Shown here in pieces: positions 62,713 through 64,000 of a stretch of DNA of 64,000 nucleotides. Source of the stretch: Phoronis australis. Taxonomy: Eukaryota; Animalia; Phoronida. The stretch lies in assembly GCA_002633005.1 (NCBI GenBank), contig NMRA01000005.1, positions 826,706-890,705 on the forward strand. Direction: 5' to 3'. A program made the translations under genes and the position numbers. The notes beneath the pieces were generated by a model. It saw only the letters and a program-made list of their open reading frames with translations, did not search any database and was not told the origin of the DNA. Numbering within the stretch: the first letter of the stretch is position 1; each line of letters starts with the position of its first letter.

Positions 62713-63375
62713 TTCAATAGGATCCTATAGCATCCTATAGAATTCGTATAGGATAAGATTTCCTACAAGAATTCCTATGGAAATTCCTATAAGAATTCCT
62801 ATAGGAATATCGATTTCCTATAGGATTCCTATAGGATCAAGATATCCTATAGGAATTCCTATTGAAAAAATTCTTTAGGAATTTAATCACAAATCTGATT
62901 TCTAAGCATAGGATTCCTATAGGAAATCCTATAGGATCCAATATGAAATCATATAGGATCCAGTAGGAAATCATTTAAAAAATTTCTATAGGATTTCCTA
63001 TAGAAAATCCTATAGGATTCCTATAGGAAATTCTATAGGATTCATATGGGAAATCCTATATGATTCCTATAGGATATCTTATAGGATTTCCTACAGGAAT
63101 CTAATAGGATTTTAGGTAGGAATCCTATAGGTTTTCCTATAAAAATCCTACAGAAAAAATCGTGTAGGATCCAATAAGAAATCCTATAGAAAATTCTTAT
63201 GGGAAATCCTATAGGATTCCTGCAGGAAATCCTATAGGATCCAATAGGAAATCCTTTAGGATTTCTTATAGCAATCCTAAAGTATTTCCTATAAAAATCC
63301 TATAGGAAATCGCATATGATCCAATAGCATCCTATTGAACCTCCTATAGGATCTTATTGAACTGATAGAATCCTA
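62713..63375. repeat. Array of palindromic (A/T)TCCTATAGGA units, possibly a foldback or DNA-transposon subterminal array
   Basis: Dozens of exact or degenerate cctatagg cores at roughly 10-12 bp spacing; ends ttcaataggatcctatag / ctataggatcttattgaa are inverted copies. Confidence 0.85.
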
Positions 63376-64000
63376 GTGAATTTAAGGTACATGAAATTCT
63401 CTTAAAACATAACATATATATATATATATATCTGTCATTACAGCTGTTTCATTTCTGGTGTATTAAATTATAACGTTGTGTCTAAACTTCTTTTACAGCT
63501 GCATGATAACAGGATAAAGCAGGTTTCCTCAGAAAGTGACCTTCTAGTGTTAGAAAACTGTGAAGTTTAAATTGTATCCTGCTCTCTCGTTCTATTGTAG
63601 TTCATATCCGATTACTCACTGGTGACATCCCTCACTTTGTTTGCGTTCACTCACCCCACCCCCCATGTCTTGACATGATCAGGTAATTGTCCTGTCCACT
63701 GATACTTATTCAGTTTTCTCCCTTATGTAATACCAGATCACGCTCAAGTTACCTCTCTATCAGTGGTGGTGCACTCTATACAGGTCCGTAGCGATCACAA
63801 CACCTTATACTGACCACAGGCAATGGTAATGCATCGAATTCTTAATCTGCATCTAAATCATTCATGTTCGGTTTTATTGCTTATTGCCTCTTACTGTTTC
63901 CCAGTTGCACCATTACCAAAATGTAGTATAGTATCTTTGCAACTGCCTACAGTATGTATTAATGTGGTATTTTTGGTTGTCGTTAAAACATGTTTCCCAC

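Overview
AT-rich, intron-containing animal genomic DNA, probably a marine invertebrate bilaterian; the taxon cannot be fixed from the sequence. Three protein-coding genes were reconstructed by hand from GT-AG junctions and frame continuity. (1) The last five coding exons of a MAGI-family PDZ scaffold (+, 279-7104). (2) ARL6/BBS3, a ciliary small GTPase with an intronless CDS (-, 15459-14890). (3) TAF3, the TFIID subunit with an N-terminal histone fold and C-terminal PHD finger (+, 11 coding exons, 35343-59723, 3006 nt in one frame), head-to-head with ARL6 across a probable bidirectional promoter at about 16.9-17.2 kb. The rest is intron and intergenic DNA with a decayed Ty3/Gypsy relic, tRNA-derived SINEs, CAG-terminated MITEs with 5-, 6- and 8-bp target duplications, hairpins, small tandem repeats and a CCTATAGG palindrome array. 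The most notable observations are: the exon for the second half of the TAF3 histone-fold region is not found although its neighbours join in frame; a 24-nt partial duplicate of the last TAF3 exon could remodel the PHD finger; stop-carrying cassette exons in the last MAGI intron would swap the C-terminal tail; a possible MAGI readthrough extension ends in -TEV; and consensus RFX X-boxes lie in TAF3 introns beside a ciliary gene. All splice models are predictions and need transcript data.
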